This document shows positions 52,615-64,000 of a DNA stretch of 64,000 nucleotides, one piece after another. Within the stretch, counting starts at the first letter, position 1. The number at the start of each line of letters is the position of its first letter. A model generated the notes under the pieces. The model had not been told where the DNA came from, did not search any database, and was given only the letters and a program-made list of their open reading frames with translations. Location of the stretch: positions 372,001 through 436,000 of the forward strand of contig NW_026781973.1 in the NCBI RefSeq assembly GCF_031769215.1. The letters run 5' to 3'. The translations under genes and the position numbers were made by a program. The DNA is from Ylistrum balloti (Eukaryota).

Positions 52615-52938
52615 TTAGCGTTTGAATGGCGTGAAGATGATGCTCATTGCCTCACAGAATGGATCCATGCAACAGTGGATACACATGCCGTACAGTTTTT
52701 GCAAGCACGCGCAGTTGATCTCGAGAAGCTTGAATAAGGGGGTCACGTACCAGACGTGTACGAAAGAAACATACGCAAACTCGCAGCCCCATTCGGCGGC
52801 AATACAGATCGCACACAGTGTTGTCATAATGTAATAGCACAGGTCCTTCCAGCACGTGAAGCACCGGTGCGAACATTTCCAAACGCAGTCAAGACTGTGA
52901 GCACCCTCTGGTTCCGCCAAAATATCCTCGAATGTTAC
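52615..52938 (-). CDS. CAV: Caveolin E, terminal core exon (107 aa + stop)
   Basis: Acceptor ttttcag (52939-52941), VTFEDILAEPEGAHSLDCVWKCS...AAEWGCEFA...HVWYVTP...DPFCEAMSIIFTPFKR*. Confidence 0.95.
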   Translation of the reverse strand, partial: VTFEDILAEPEGAHSLDCVWKCSHRCFTCWKDLCYYIMTTLCAICIAAEWGCEFAYVSFVHVWYVTPLFKLLEINCACLQKLYGMCIHCCMDPFCEAMSIIFTPFKR

Positions 52939-53235
52939 CTGAAAAATACAAATGTCAAAAGTAGATGAATGTGAACGTTTGGACGACAACGAGAATGACA
53001 TCTGACTGGAGTTGGGGTTGTACTTAAGCTAGAGAAAAGACATGAAAGGTTGTGGTACATCAACAATAAATGGTGTTTCGGAATTCTGTGTAACACCTAT
53101 CAAATACGATATAAAGAAATTTTACACCAATGAGATATGGTGTTCCAAAATCCAGTATTGCGGGATGTATTTTAATACAACAAAATTGAACCAATTACTA
53201 TCTCTGTGATTATTGGATAAGAAATTAAGAACTCC

Positions 53236-53610
53236 ATACCAAATAATGACTATTTTACCAAACAATACCAAATAATGAGGATTTTACCATACAATACCAA
53301 ATAATGACTATTTTACCAAACAATACCAAATAATGAGGATTTTACCATACAATACCAAATAATGAGGATTTTACCAAACAATACCAAATAATGAGGATTT
53401 TACCATACAATACCAAATAATGACTATTTTACCAAACAATACCAAATAATGAGGATTTTACCATACAATACCAAATAATGACTATTTTACCATACAATAC
53501 CAAATAATGAGGATTTTACCATACAATACCAAATAATGACTATTTTACCATACAATACCTAATAATGACTATTTTACCATACAATACCTGATAATGAGGA
53601 TTTAACTATA
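53236..53610. repeat. 29-bp minisatellite, ~13 copies
   Basis: Unit ataccaaataatgactattttaccaaaca; starts at 53236 and 53265. Confidence 0.93.
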
Positions 53611-54504
53611 CAATATACTCTTTTTGTTATCAGGCGCATTTTGCTTTGCGATGTTTCGCTTGTGTCCTGCTGTATTGAGTTTTCAGGATTCTATATCTTC
53701 TGGATCGGATGAAGAATTTTTTTATTTGGAAGTAGTGGTTTTAAAAACTGATTATTGGTGCATTATCAGACGTTTTGACGTTTCAGTTTGACAACACTAG
53801 ACTCGTCTTCGTAAACCTTCATAGAAACCAACGAACCAGTCACAATTTTGTCAATAATGACAGGATCGTCGAGATGAATTTGAAAATATTTGTATCGGTC
53901 GTTCTTATTATGAAGAAGAGATCGAACAATCGCAAAACCTCATTTCCAGTTCCAATCATATTGTTTACAACGTAAGACTGACCTAAGGTATGCAGTAATA
54001 ATGTCGATACAGCGGTGTAGAGACTGTTCACAGATAGATTGCATGGAACTGGGATGCTGCCAGAAGTCTTATCAATGTTTCATGAACAAATCAAACGATG
54101 GTATTGTTATTTATCTACACGAACAGTGTTGTCCTACCGACCATGTAAACAGGTATATGTGTGTGATGTTGGTAGGCTTAAAGGGCATTCATTAAATATG
54201 TAAAAGATGAACGAATCTTCTAAATTCTCGAAGGTATCTCAAGAAAGCAGAAGTCATGGCAACAATGTAATATTTGTTCATAAGACGAAGGTAAAAACAA
54301 AACATTGACATCCCTAGCAAGCTGTTGCTTCGATACGGAAGTACATAAAACACAAACTGGAGGAGAACACATATTTTGACATTAAATAATTCTGTTTAAT
54401 TATGAAGGTGGCTATTCAGAATTTCTTAACTGCTCTTGAAATATGTAACTTTCCAAAAAAACAATAAAAAGCTGAATAACTTTTTCCTATGTGATACGTC
54501 CTGT

Positions 54505-56660
54505 CATTTGTCTACTACGGTACGTCCTGTACACTTTGTCTACTACGGTACGTCCTACGAGCTTTGTCTACTACGGTACTTCCTGTACACTTTGTCTACT
54601 ACGGTACGTCCTACACACTTTGTCTACTACGGTACGTCCTGTACACTTTGTGGTGTACTACGGTACGTCCTACACACTTTGTCTACTACGGTACTTCCTG
54701 TACACTTTGTCTACTACGATACGTCCTACACACTTTGTCTACTACGGTACGTCCTGCACACTTTGTCTACTACGGTACGTCCTACACACTTTGTCTACTA
54801 CGGTACGTCCTACACACTTTGTCTACTACGGTACGTCCTGTACACTTTGTCTACTACGGTACGTCCTGTACACTTTGTCTTCTACGGTACGTTCTACACA
54901 CTTTGTCTACAACGGTAAGTCCTACACACTTTGTCTACAACGGTAAGTCCTACACACTTTGTCTACTACGGTACGTCCTGTACACTTTGTCTACTACGGT
55001 ACGTCCTACACACTTTGTCTACTACGGTACGTCCTACACACTTTGTCTACTACGGTACGTCCTACAAACTTTGTCTACTACGGTAAGTCCTACACACTTT
55101 GTCTACTACGGTACGTCCTGTACACTTTGTCTTCTACGGTACGTCCTACACACTTTTTCTACTACGGTACGTCCTGTACCCTTTGTCTTCTACGGTACGT
55201 CCTACACACTTTGTCTACTACGGTACGTCCTACACACTTTGTCTACTACGGTACGTCCTACACACTTTGTCTACTACGGTAAGTCCTACACACTTTGTCT
55301 ACTACGGTACGTCCTGTACACTTTGTCTACTACGGTACGTCCTGTACACTTTGTCTACTACGGTACGTCCTGTACACTTTGTCTACTACGGTACGTCCTA
55401 CACACTTTGTCTACTACGGTAAGTCCTGTACACTTTGTCTACTACGGTACGTCCTACACGCTTTGTCTACAACGGTAAGTCCTACACACTTTGTCTACTA
55501 CGGTACGTCCTGTACACTTTGTCTACTACGGTACGTTCTGTATACTTTGCCTACTACTACGGTATGTCCTGTACACTTTGTCTACTACGGTACGTTCTGT
55601 ACACTTTGTCTACTACGGTACGTCCTGTATACTTTGTCTACTACGGTACGTCCTGTACACTTTGTCTTCTACGGTACGTTCTACACACTTTGTCTACAAC
55701 GGTAAGTCCTACACACTTTGTCTACTACGGTACGTCCTGTACACTTTGTCTACTACGGTACGTCCTGTACACTTTGTCTACTACGGTACGTCCTACACAC
55801 TTTGTCTACTACGGTACGTCCTGTACACTTTGTCTACTACGGTACGTCCTACACACTTTGTCTACTACGGTAAGTCCTGTACACTTTGTCTACTACGGTA
55901 CGTCCTACACGCTTTGTCTACAACGGTAAGTCCTACACACTTTGTCTACTACGGTACGTCCTACACACTTTGTCTACTACGGTAAGTCCTACACACTTTG
56001 TCTACTACGGTAAGTCCTACACACTTTGTCTACTACGGTAAGTCCTACACACTTCGTCTACTACGGTACGTCCTACACACTTTGTCTACTACGGTACGTC
56101 CTACACACTTTGTCTACTACGGTACGTCCTACACACTTTGTCTACTACGGTAAGTCCTACACACTTTGTCTACTACGGTACGTCCTGTACACTTTGTCTT
56201 CTACGGTACGTCCTACACACTTTTTCTACTACGGTAAGTCCTACACACTTTCTCTACTACGGTACGTCCTACACACTTTCTCTACTACGGTACGTCCTGC
56301 ACACTTTGTCTACTACGGTACGTCCTACACACTTTGTCTACTACGGTAAGTCCTACACACTTTGTTTACTACGGTACGTCCTGTACACTTTGTCTTCTAC
56401 GGTACGTCCTACACACTTTGTCTACTACGGTACGTCCTACACACTTTGTCTACTACGGTACGTCCTACAAACTTTGTCTACTACGGTAAGTCCTACACAC
56501 TTTGTCTACTACGGTACGTCCTGTACACTTTGTCTTCTACGGTACGTCCTACACACTTTTTCTACTACGGTAAGTCCTACACACTTTGTCTACTACGGTA
56601 CGTCCTACACACTTTGTCTACTACAGTACGTCCTGTACACTTTGTCTACTACGGTATGTC
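54505..56660. repeat. 28-bp minisatellite, ~77 copies
   Basis: Unit ctactacggtacgtcctacacactttgt. Confidence 0.95.
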
Positions 56661-56945
56661 TTCGTCGCTTGTATACACTGTGTTGCGTCCAGCGCACTTC
56701 GACTACATACAGGTGTTTAGCACTTTTCTATGTATACTACGTTATGTTAATTAATTGAAGAATATTTCAAACGATGAATTATCTATACTTACATCATGTT
56801 CCGAACCGAAACTGAAAAAAACTGCTTAGCCATTCGAATAAAATTTCGAGATCTTTAAACATCCAAAAGATACACAATGTTACATAATTACCAGAAAATT
56901 ATCAAATAAATAAAAATTGTATGAACTAGCCATTAGTAAGCTTAC

Positions 56946-57005
56946 CCTCAAGTGGTCGTTAATGTTGTTTGGGTCCCGGTTGACGAGGTCTATTTCTTCC
57001 GTCAT
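56946..57005 (-). CDS. CAV: Caveolin E first coding exon (20 aa)
   Basis: aaaATGA; MTEEIDLVNRDPNNINDHLR (canonical IDLVNRDP); donor agg|gtaagc, phase 0. Confidence 0.92.
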
Positions 57006-57374
57006 TTTGCGTCGTTATGATGCACCACAAAACGGGTAAGGATAGCGAGGGTAGATTCCGGAATAAAGTGGACGCGTCTGTACCCGAACCGGCTTTTATA
57101 GCATCGCTAACTTACGTTGCTGGTCATGAAAAATTGATGACAAGAAACAGTAACGGCACTGCCCAATACACGGTCAGGTGTGATATTAGCTGATTAGTAT
57201 AGGTGGGTAGGGCCTTGCATTGTTTACCTGAGGAATCACCCGAGTTACGAAACAAATCCAACCATTTTAAATGCCAACTTTGCTGAATGTAGCTCACAGG
57301 AATGTAGGTGGGATGATATGTTTATTTAATAAAAGAAATACTTTCAATATGAAATACATGATTGGCCATGTCAT

Positions 57375-58592
57375 GAACCAGACGGATAGCCGTGATCAGT
57401 TACAGCACCAGATGGACAGCTGTGATCAGTCACAGCACCAGACGGACAGCTGTGATCAGTTACAGCACCAGACGGACATCAGTTACATCACCAGACGGAC
57501 AGCTGTGATCAGTTATATCACCAGACGGATAGCCGTGATCAGTGACAGCACCAGATGGACAGCCGTGATCAGTCACACCACCAGATGGACAGCTGTGATT
57601 AGTTACAGCACCAGACGGACAGCTGTGATCAGTTATATCACCAGACGGATAGCCGTGATCAGTGACAGCACCAGATAGACAGCCGTGATCAGTTACAGCA
57701 CCAGACGAACAGCCGTGATCAGTTACAGCACCAGACGGACAGCTGTGATCAGTTAAAGCACCAGACGGACAGCTGTGATTAGTTACAGCACCAGACGGAC
57801 AGCGGTGATCAGTTACAGCACCAGACGGACAGCCGTGATCAGTTACAGCACCAGACGGACAGCCGTGATCAGTTATAGCACCAGACGGACAGCTGTGATC
57901 AGTTACAGCACCAGACGGATAGTCGTGATCAGTCACAGCACCAGATGGATAGCCGTGATCAGTTACAGCACCAGACGGACAGCCGTGATCAGGCACAGCA
58001 CCAGACGGACAGCTGTGATCAGATACAGCACCAGACGGACAGCTGTGATCAGTTACAGCACCAGACGAACAGCCGTGATCAGTTACAGCACCAGACCAAC
58101 AGACGTGATCAGTTACAGCACCAGACCAACAGACGTGATCAGTTACAGCACCAGACGGACAGCTGTGATCAGTTACAGCACCAGACGGATAGCCGTGATC
58201 AGTTACAGCACCAAACGGACAGCCTGATCAGGCACAGCACCAGACGGACAGCTGTGATTAGTTATATCACCAGACGGACAACTGTGATCAGTTACAGCAC
58301 CAGACGGATAGCCGTGATCAGTTACAGCACCAGATGGATAGCCGTGATCAGTTACAGCACCAGACGGACAGCCGTGATCAGGCACAGCACCAGACGGACA
58401 GCTGTGATTAGTTACAGCACCACACGGACAGCCGTGATCAGTTACAGCACCAGACGGACAGCCGTGATCAGTTACAGCACCAGACGGACAGCCGTGATCA
58501 GTCACAGCACCAGACGGACAGCCGTGATCAGTTACAGCACCAGACGGACAGCCGTGATCAGTTACAGCACCAGACGGACAGCCGTGATCAAT
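57375..58592. repeat. 30-bp minisatellite, ~40 copies, followed by a (GTT)n tract (~58605-58655)
   Basis: Unit cagcaccagacggacagccgtgatcagtta. Confidence 0.95.
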
Positions 58593-61278
58593 TACACATG
58601 TACGGTTGTTGTTGTTGTTGCTGTTGTTGTTGTTGTTTTTGTTGTTGTTGTTGTTTCTGCTGCTGCCTTTGTGAAACAAAACAAAAACAAATGAAAAAAT
58701 TATATCAAGACGAAACAAAACATGGTTCTCAGAGTTTTTAAGACAGTATGTGACTGATTCATGATAAAGAGTTTTCTCCGAGGACAATTGTAAACTGTGT
58801 GGTATTAGCTAGTCTTCGCTATCGTAACTGGGAAAGGACATTGTCAAAAAAATTGCATAACTAATTCGAAAAATAACATATCTAGATCTATACGATATCT
58901 TTAAAAACATAAATGAGGAATTTGTTAATTATACAGTTATACGATAAATAGTAGTACTATCATTTAGTTTACAAATATTTTATTCAATATTCAACCTTTT
59001 AACACATATACATGATACGTATGGAATTGAGTTAGGAGCGGCACAGCAGTTGACAAAATGGGAAGACAGCCACGGTTGATCTCGAGCATTTCCGTCCCTG
59101 CCTGCACAAATTTCATTCCTATTTTCGTAAAATGAAGAGCTGGAAACGCATTACTTTTGTGTGTGATATAACACACGTGTATGAATGCGATAGAGATAAA
59201 CTCAGATCCTGACAACATTGAAGGAAGTGATGGATGTTATCGAACCGTACGGAATTATATTCCGTCTTTTACAAAGTCTCACACAAAGTAACCTGGTATG
59301 ATAAGCAATACATGTAGCTCTGTATAACGATAAGACAGTATTATTGCCTGATAGCGGTATATATATATTAATAGATATATTCTCTTATTGTATATTTTCT
59401 TCGTCTACGAGTCTTTCCAATTGGTTTCATTAAAGTTTGTTTTAATTAAATCTAAAACAGTAAACAACGTAATACAGACATAAAAAAATGGTTTCTCTTT
59501 TTAAATTGTAAACGATTATTGATGGAATAAAAAAGGCTAATTTGTTTTACCTTAATATTCATGCTTTGGGAATTGTCGAAATAAATTGACTCAAGAGTTG
59601 GCAAAACTATATCACCAATAGGGGGAAAACCAGTCAACACAGCAGCGTTTTTTTGTGGTGAATGAAAACTGTGAAGTGAGGGTACGTGATTTCGCACACT
59701 TTTTGTACGTATTGATATATGATTTGATCTTTTTCGAAACGGTAAAGATTGTCTGGCAAGGTTAGATGTACATACACTCGGTAATATTTAAATACATAAC
59801 CTGGTATACCATCGCATATCACTGTGTAAGTGTTATCAACCGGTGTTTACTTCATGGTATGAAGACAAGAGGCAACGTAATCTAGTACACCCATCTAGCC
59901 TCCTTATTTTTGTTGCTAAGCACAGTTTTCAAACTTTTTGTACTAAAAAAATTACATCCCAAACTTAGATTGAACAAAAAAGGCTTTTGAAACGTTAAAA
60001 GCCGATTTATTCCGTCGAATTTTAAAAAGTAATTTCACCGCCATTGCACTTTCTTTCATTAATGAAAACTAAAATTCATTCAAAATCTGTATTAATCTTA
60101 TTTTATGTAGTTATATGGTATATATGCTATTGAAAATATAACGGTGAAAATGCTTAATGGCCCGTATTCTTTAATACTGACTGTTACCGAAGGAAGTATA
60201 TGTGAAGCAGACGACAGGTCATGGGGCCTCGCCGTAATTAATTGTATTCAACTAATTTAAAATATTTTTTATAATGATCTGAGGAAACGACATATTCCCT
60301 TAATATTTGGAAATGTATAATCTAAAAGGTCTGTGAGATTATTTTTTGTTAAGGTCCATTTTCATTGCGGTTTCGTTTTCAAAACGAGGTTCTTTGAAAG
60401 TGCTATATTTAGAACAGCAAAAGCACGGCATAAATCTCGCCTAAATCGGCAAATAAACGGAAAAAACATAATCTACTGCTAGTGGAAGAAAAGGGACGAA
60501 AAATCACCGAGTGTGCAAAATTACGTACTGTGCGAAATTACATACCCTTGCTCTTCCACTGTAGCACATTGCAGGCCCATTTCAAGCATACTTCCTGCAC
60601 AATATCACTACTAGATCTTTATCAATTTACAAAGTTTGCTCAAAAGCTGGTGAGATAGGAGAAATCCATTTTTTATGTGGAACAATTACGAGTAATAATT
60701 TCAGAAGCTCGGAGTAACAGTAATCAAGTAAAATTAATAGAAAACGTAAGTACATATAATGAGAGATCACATCATACACATGGTTGAAAATATAAGACGA
60801 TAAACATACAAGGTAATTTACATCAGGATAGTTATAGTAACAAAACCCAAAGCTACAGGTATATTTCTTCGATATCGTTCCCTGATTTCTCGCATAATTT
60901 CTCACAGTCACCGTCTTTTTTTTTTAATTTTTATTAGAAGAGTCGTGATTTTTTAACGTGTTGTCTTCCAATCTGAGCATATTATCTCCCTTCAATCGTC
61001 AGAAAGAAAAAAAGGATGAAGTTACCTCCCTTGTTACATTCTGACACAAAAAAAAGAAATTAATTTATGTAACACAAAATTGCTATAAGATAGAAATATA
61101 AATGTAATTTATAATTATTTTAAATTGAAGTTTTATATATAGTAATATAATTTAAATCAAATATAATTTCTTTTACGTAATATAATTGAATATTATTTTC
61201 TGATATGTTAATTTTTAAATACCTGTATTTAGTAATCTTACTTTTAATTCATATATTGAACCCATAGCTCAAAAATTC

Positions 61279-61441
61279 ATACTTACCTGGTACAGGGGAT
61301 ACCGTGATCAGCAAGGCGGTTCCCCCAGGTCGAGGCCCTTCCATTGCACTCCGGTCGGGCTGAACCCTGCGATAATCCCAAATGCGGATTACTCGGGTAC
61401 GCTATTTTTTAGTGTGGGGGTCTGCGTTCGCGCTAACCCTC
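61279..61441 (+). ncRNA. U1: U1 spliceosomal snRNA (variant)
   Basis: ATACTTACCTGG 5' end, SL-II loop ATTGCACTCC, SL-III ...caaatg..., terminal GCGTTCGCGC tetraloop stem; ~163 nt. Confidence 0.92.
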
Positions 61442-62199
61442 GACCATAAACAAAACAAAAATAAGAATTAACTCCACTCACGCTGTTAGATTGTGGATTC
61501 GCCATTCCCTTCAGGCCGTTTTAGCTTTATCATTACATGCTATCCCTTCATTCACTGCAGGTTAATTTAAGCATAACATAATCTAACCTTTTCGTAAGTG
61601 AATTCAGTGAGACAAGACTGTCTCTGTTTCTATTTAAAGCCCATGCTACATTATGTGCACGCGTAATTATTTATACAGATGAAGTGAGTAGAAACTTGAT
61701 AATTGGAAGTACAAAATCTTATTTTGCTATAAACATCGCAGACTGATTAACCGTATAATGGAAAATTCAAGCAAGTTACACCATGTAAATACATTTCATT
61801 GCATAAATAAAGCAATCATATTGGACACAAGTTGTAACAACATTACAAAGACCCTTTCGTATCTGTAGGTTGATAAGTAGCATGATATTATCATAATTAA
61901 TAGAACAAGTGTAAACTTGAAGGAAATAATGATACAGATAAATAATAAGAAGACTTAATTCATATGATTTAAAGTAAGCGTTTTGCTGGATAACTCGCAA
62001 CGAATTTATATCGATTGAAGGGAGGCAACTCGTGTTAGCATACTCATTGAAAGGTACATTTTTGTCCATTCTTTGTGATTGAACCTGATCAAGTACTTAA
62101 CTGATGTGACTTTTAAAATATTTATTCATCTGAATCTTCACAACTTTATCAGCATTTTCCGTTTGATAAGTTTCTTAAATTCTTAACAAAACTCGGCGC

Positions 62200-64000
62200 A
62201 ATAATGCACGTTGGCCATGGATTTACATTGTACATGTGTTTGCGGATTCAAATCTTGTTTTTTTTTTTAATGTAGAAACATTGTGGAAGAATGGATGGGG
62301 AGGTGATATCAAATTTGCATCATGTTCATCTAATTGTAGGGGTATCGCAATTCTGTTTAAAAAATCGTTCGATTACGACGTGAATGGTTAATACAAGGAC
62401 GCAGACGAGAATATTCTATTATTGTCTATGATGATATCAAATGTTAAATTAACCCTTTGTGTAAATAATGATACGCCGGCGTTTTGTCGTAATCTACGAG
62501 ATAGAGTAGATATCATTCGCCCGTTATCAACATTGATGCTTGAAGATGATGATGCAAAATATTTTAAAAAGTCCTTATACACTTGTGTATTTGGTCGACA
62601 TGTATGGGGGATGTTCAGGTCTAATAACAAATTTTGATAAGTCACATGCTGTATGGACTAGGGTAAAACGGGGCTGCGGGCAGGAGACAGAAACAGAGCA
62701 TACTTACCTTGGAATCATCAAAGGAAATTTTAGCTTTTAGGAGTAAATTATGATTTATCAAAAGATGATATTAATGAAGATGATTTTCTAGAAAAACATA
62801 AGTCAGTGCAGTCATTTCTCCAAGACTGGTCTTTCAGGAATCGTTTTATAATTGTAGAGTGACTGTTATCAAGAGGTTAGATGTTCCTATTGTTGTAAAA
62901 ATACTACCTGTAATCCATAGTCCACATGTTAAGATCATAAAAAAAATCAAATATGATTTTTCATCTTATATTGAATAGTATAATTGATGAATTTAAAACG
63001 AAGTTTTTAATTGGTGATTTTAAAGATGGAGGTTTGAAAGTACCAGATATTTTTTCTTATAGTAAATAATTAAAACTAGTGCTGATAAAGAAATGCTTGG
63101 ATCCAAGTAATCATGCAGACTGGGAAAAATATTAATTAATGATATAGAACGATTGGAAGGAAATGAAATAGGGAGTTTAACAAAATGTGGATTAGAGGAA
63201 GTAAGTCGTAAAATGGTACAGTTTGGGAATTTCTGGAAGGAAATTAAGTCTATTTAAGGAAATATTTACGAACGCTACCCGGCAGCGCCCGAAAACTTTC
63301 TGTCTCAGTCTCTGTGGTTTAATAAAGGGAATAAAGTTCATAGACAAACTATCTTCTTCAAAAATCTGCAATGAAAGAATCTTTTATGTTAAAGACGTAG
63401 TAGACGAGCATGGAAATATTACGTCTTTGAATTGTTTTATTAAGAAATACCAAATAAATATCAATTTCATGTACTTTAATAGTATCATTAATGCAATATC
63501 GGTGGACTGGGAGAGAATGATAACTAATTATGGACGAAATACTGAACATGTTTTGCATAATAGTTTGAGGCAACTGAAAAAACATTGAAAAAACTGTCTC
63601 AGTATTTCTATCACAAACTATTATCCCTGTATTGACCTATTCTCAACATTCTAATGAAAGGTGGCAAAATGACTCAAACTATTCAGTTTACAATACAGAA
63701 TTACTCACAGAATATTTTTCACAAATTCAATGTCATTTTAGAACATCAGGAATGTAGCTTTTGTAGTAGGGCACCTGAAATAATATATCACCTTTTTGGG
63801 ATTGTACACATAGTATGTCACTCTGGACATGCTTTATAAATTCATTCTTTCCCAAATATAATGTTGTTTTGGAAAAGAAATCCGGCCACTTTCCTTTTTG
63901 GCATGGTCGAAAATGTTCAACTGTTAGGCTTGAACATATGCATATTGCTTATTAAGAAATACATTTCGCTGGTGCGACAAAGAAATAAAATTCCAAATTG
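62200..64000 (+). mobile_element. L1/Tx1-clade non-LTR retrotransposon remnant, internally deleted
   Basis: APE endonuclease segment GWGGDIKFASCSSNCRGIAILFKKSFDY (~62295), RT C-terminal SGLITNFDKSHAVW (~62615), GGLKVPD (~63030), SLWFNK (~63310), CSFC....IYHLF zinc knuckle (~63755); many stops and frameshifts. Confidence 0.85.

Noticed and set aside
32454-52968. Plus-strand and alternative-frame ORFs over caveolin exons (32454-32720, 43242-43508, 52622-52834, 15195-15431, 2921-3151)
   Set aside because: Shadows of the real caveolin frames.
3927-58694. Long ORFs in the track (e.g. 3927-4841, 11141-12475, 19041-19916, 36777-37517, 54564-55478, 57945-58694)
   Set aside because: All are translations of tandem repeats, open in several frames or strands, and lack splice or homology support.
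62700-62709. Second ATACTTACCT match (U1 5' end)
   Set aside because: No further U1 sequence follows, and it lies inside the LINE RT remnant.

Overview
AT-rich metazoan genomic DNA, probably a bivalve or other mollusc (inferred from the repeat families). The window is a tandem caveolin gene cluster on the minus strand with five terminal 'core' exons, here called A-E (ending at 145, 15116, 32457, 43245, 52615). Each core exon opens at a phase-0 acceptor followed by the FEDV(F/I)AE(P/S)-type signature. Upstream I read eight intact exons ending in an RDx..N.H/D.(Q/K/R) motif at a phase-0 GT donor, plus one degenerate copy. Four of these exons (17913, 22627, 24083, 27465) lie upstream of the single core exon B with no core exon between them. 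This implies a variable-first-exon/constant-exon design that would swap the caveolin N-terminus and pin motif. Other content: a type I hammerhead ribozyme that seeded a ~21-copy 45-bp tandem array, three dispersed hammerhead relics, a probable gene-conversion tract between cores C and D, a variant U1 snRNA, Penelope-like and L1/Tx1 retroelement remnants, and a tRNA-derived SINE. About a third of the window is unrelated minisatellite arrays, which account for most long ORFs in the supplied track. Exon joins are inferred from phase and homology, not from transcripts.
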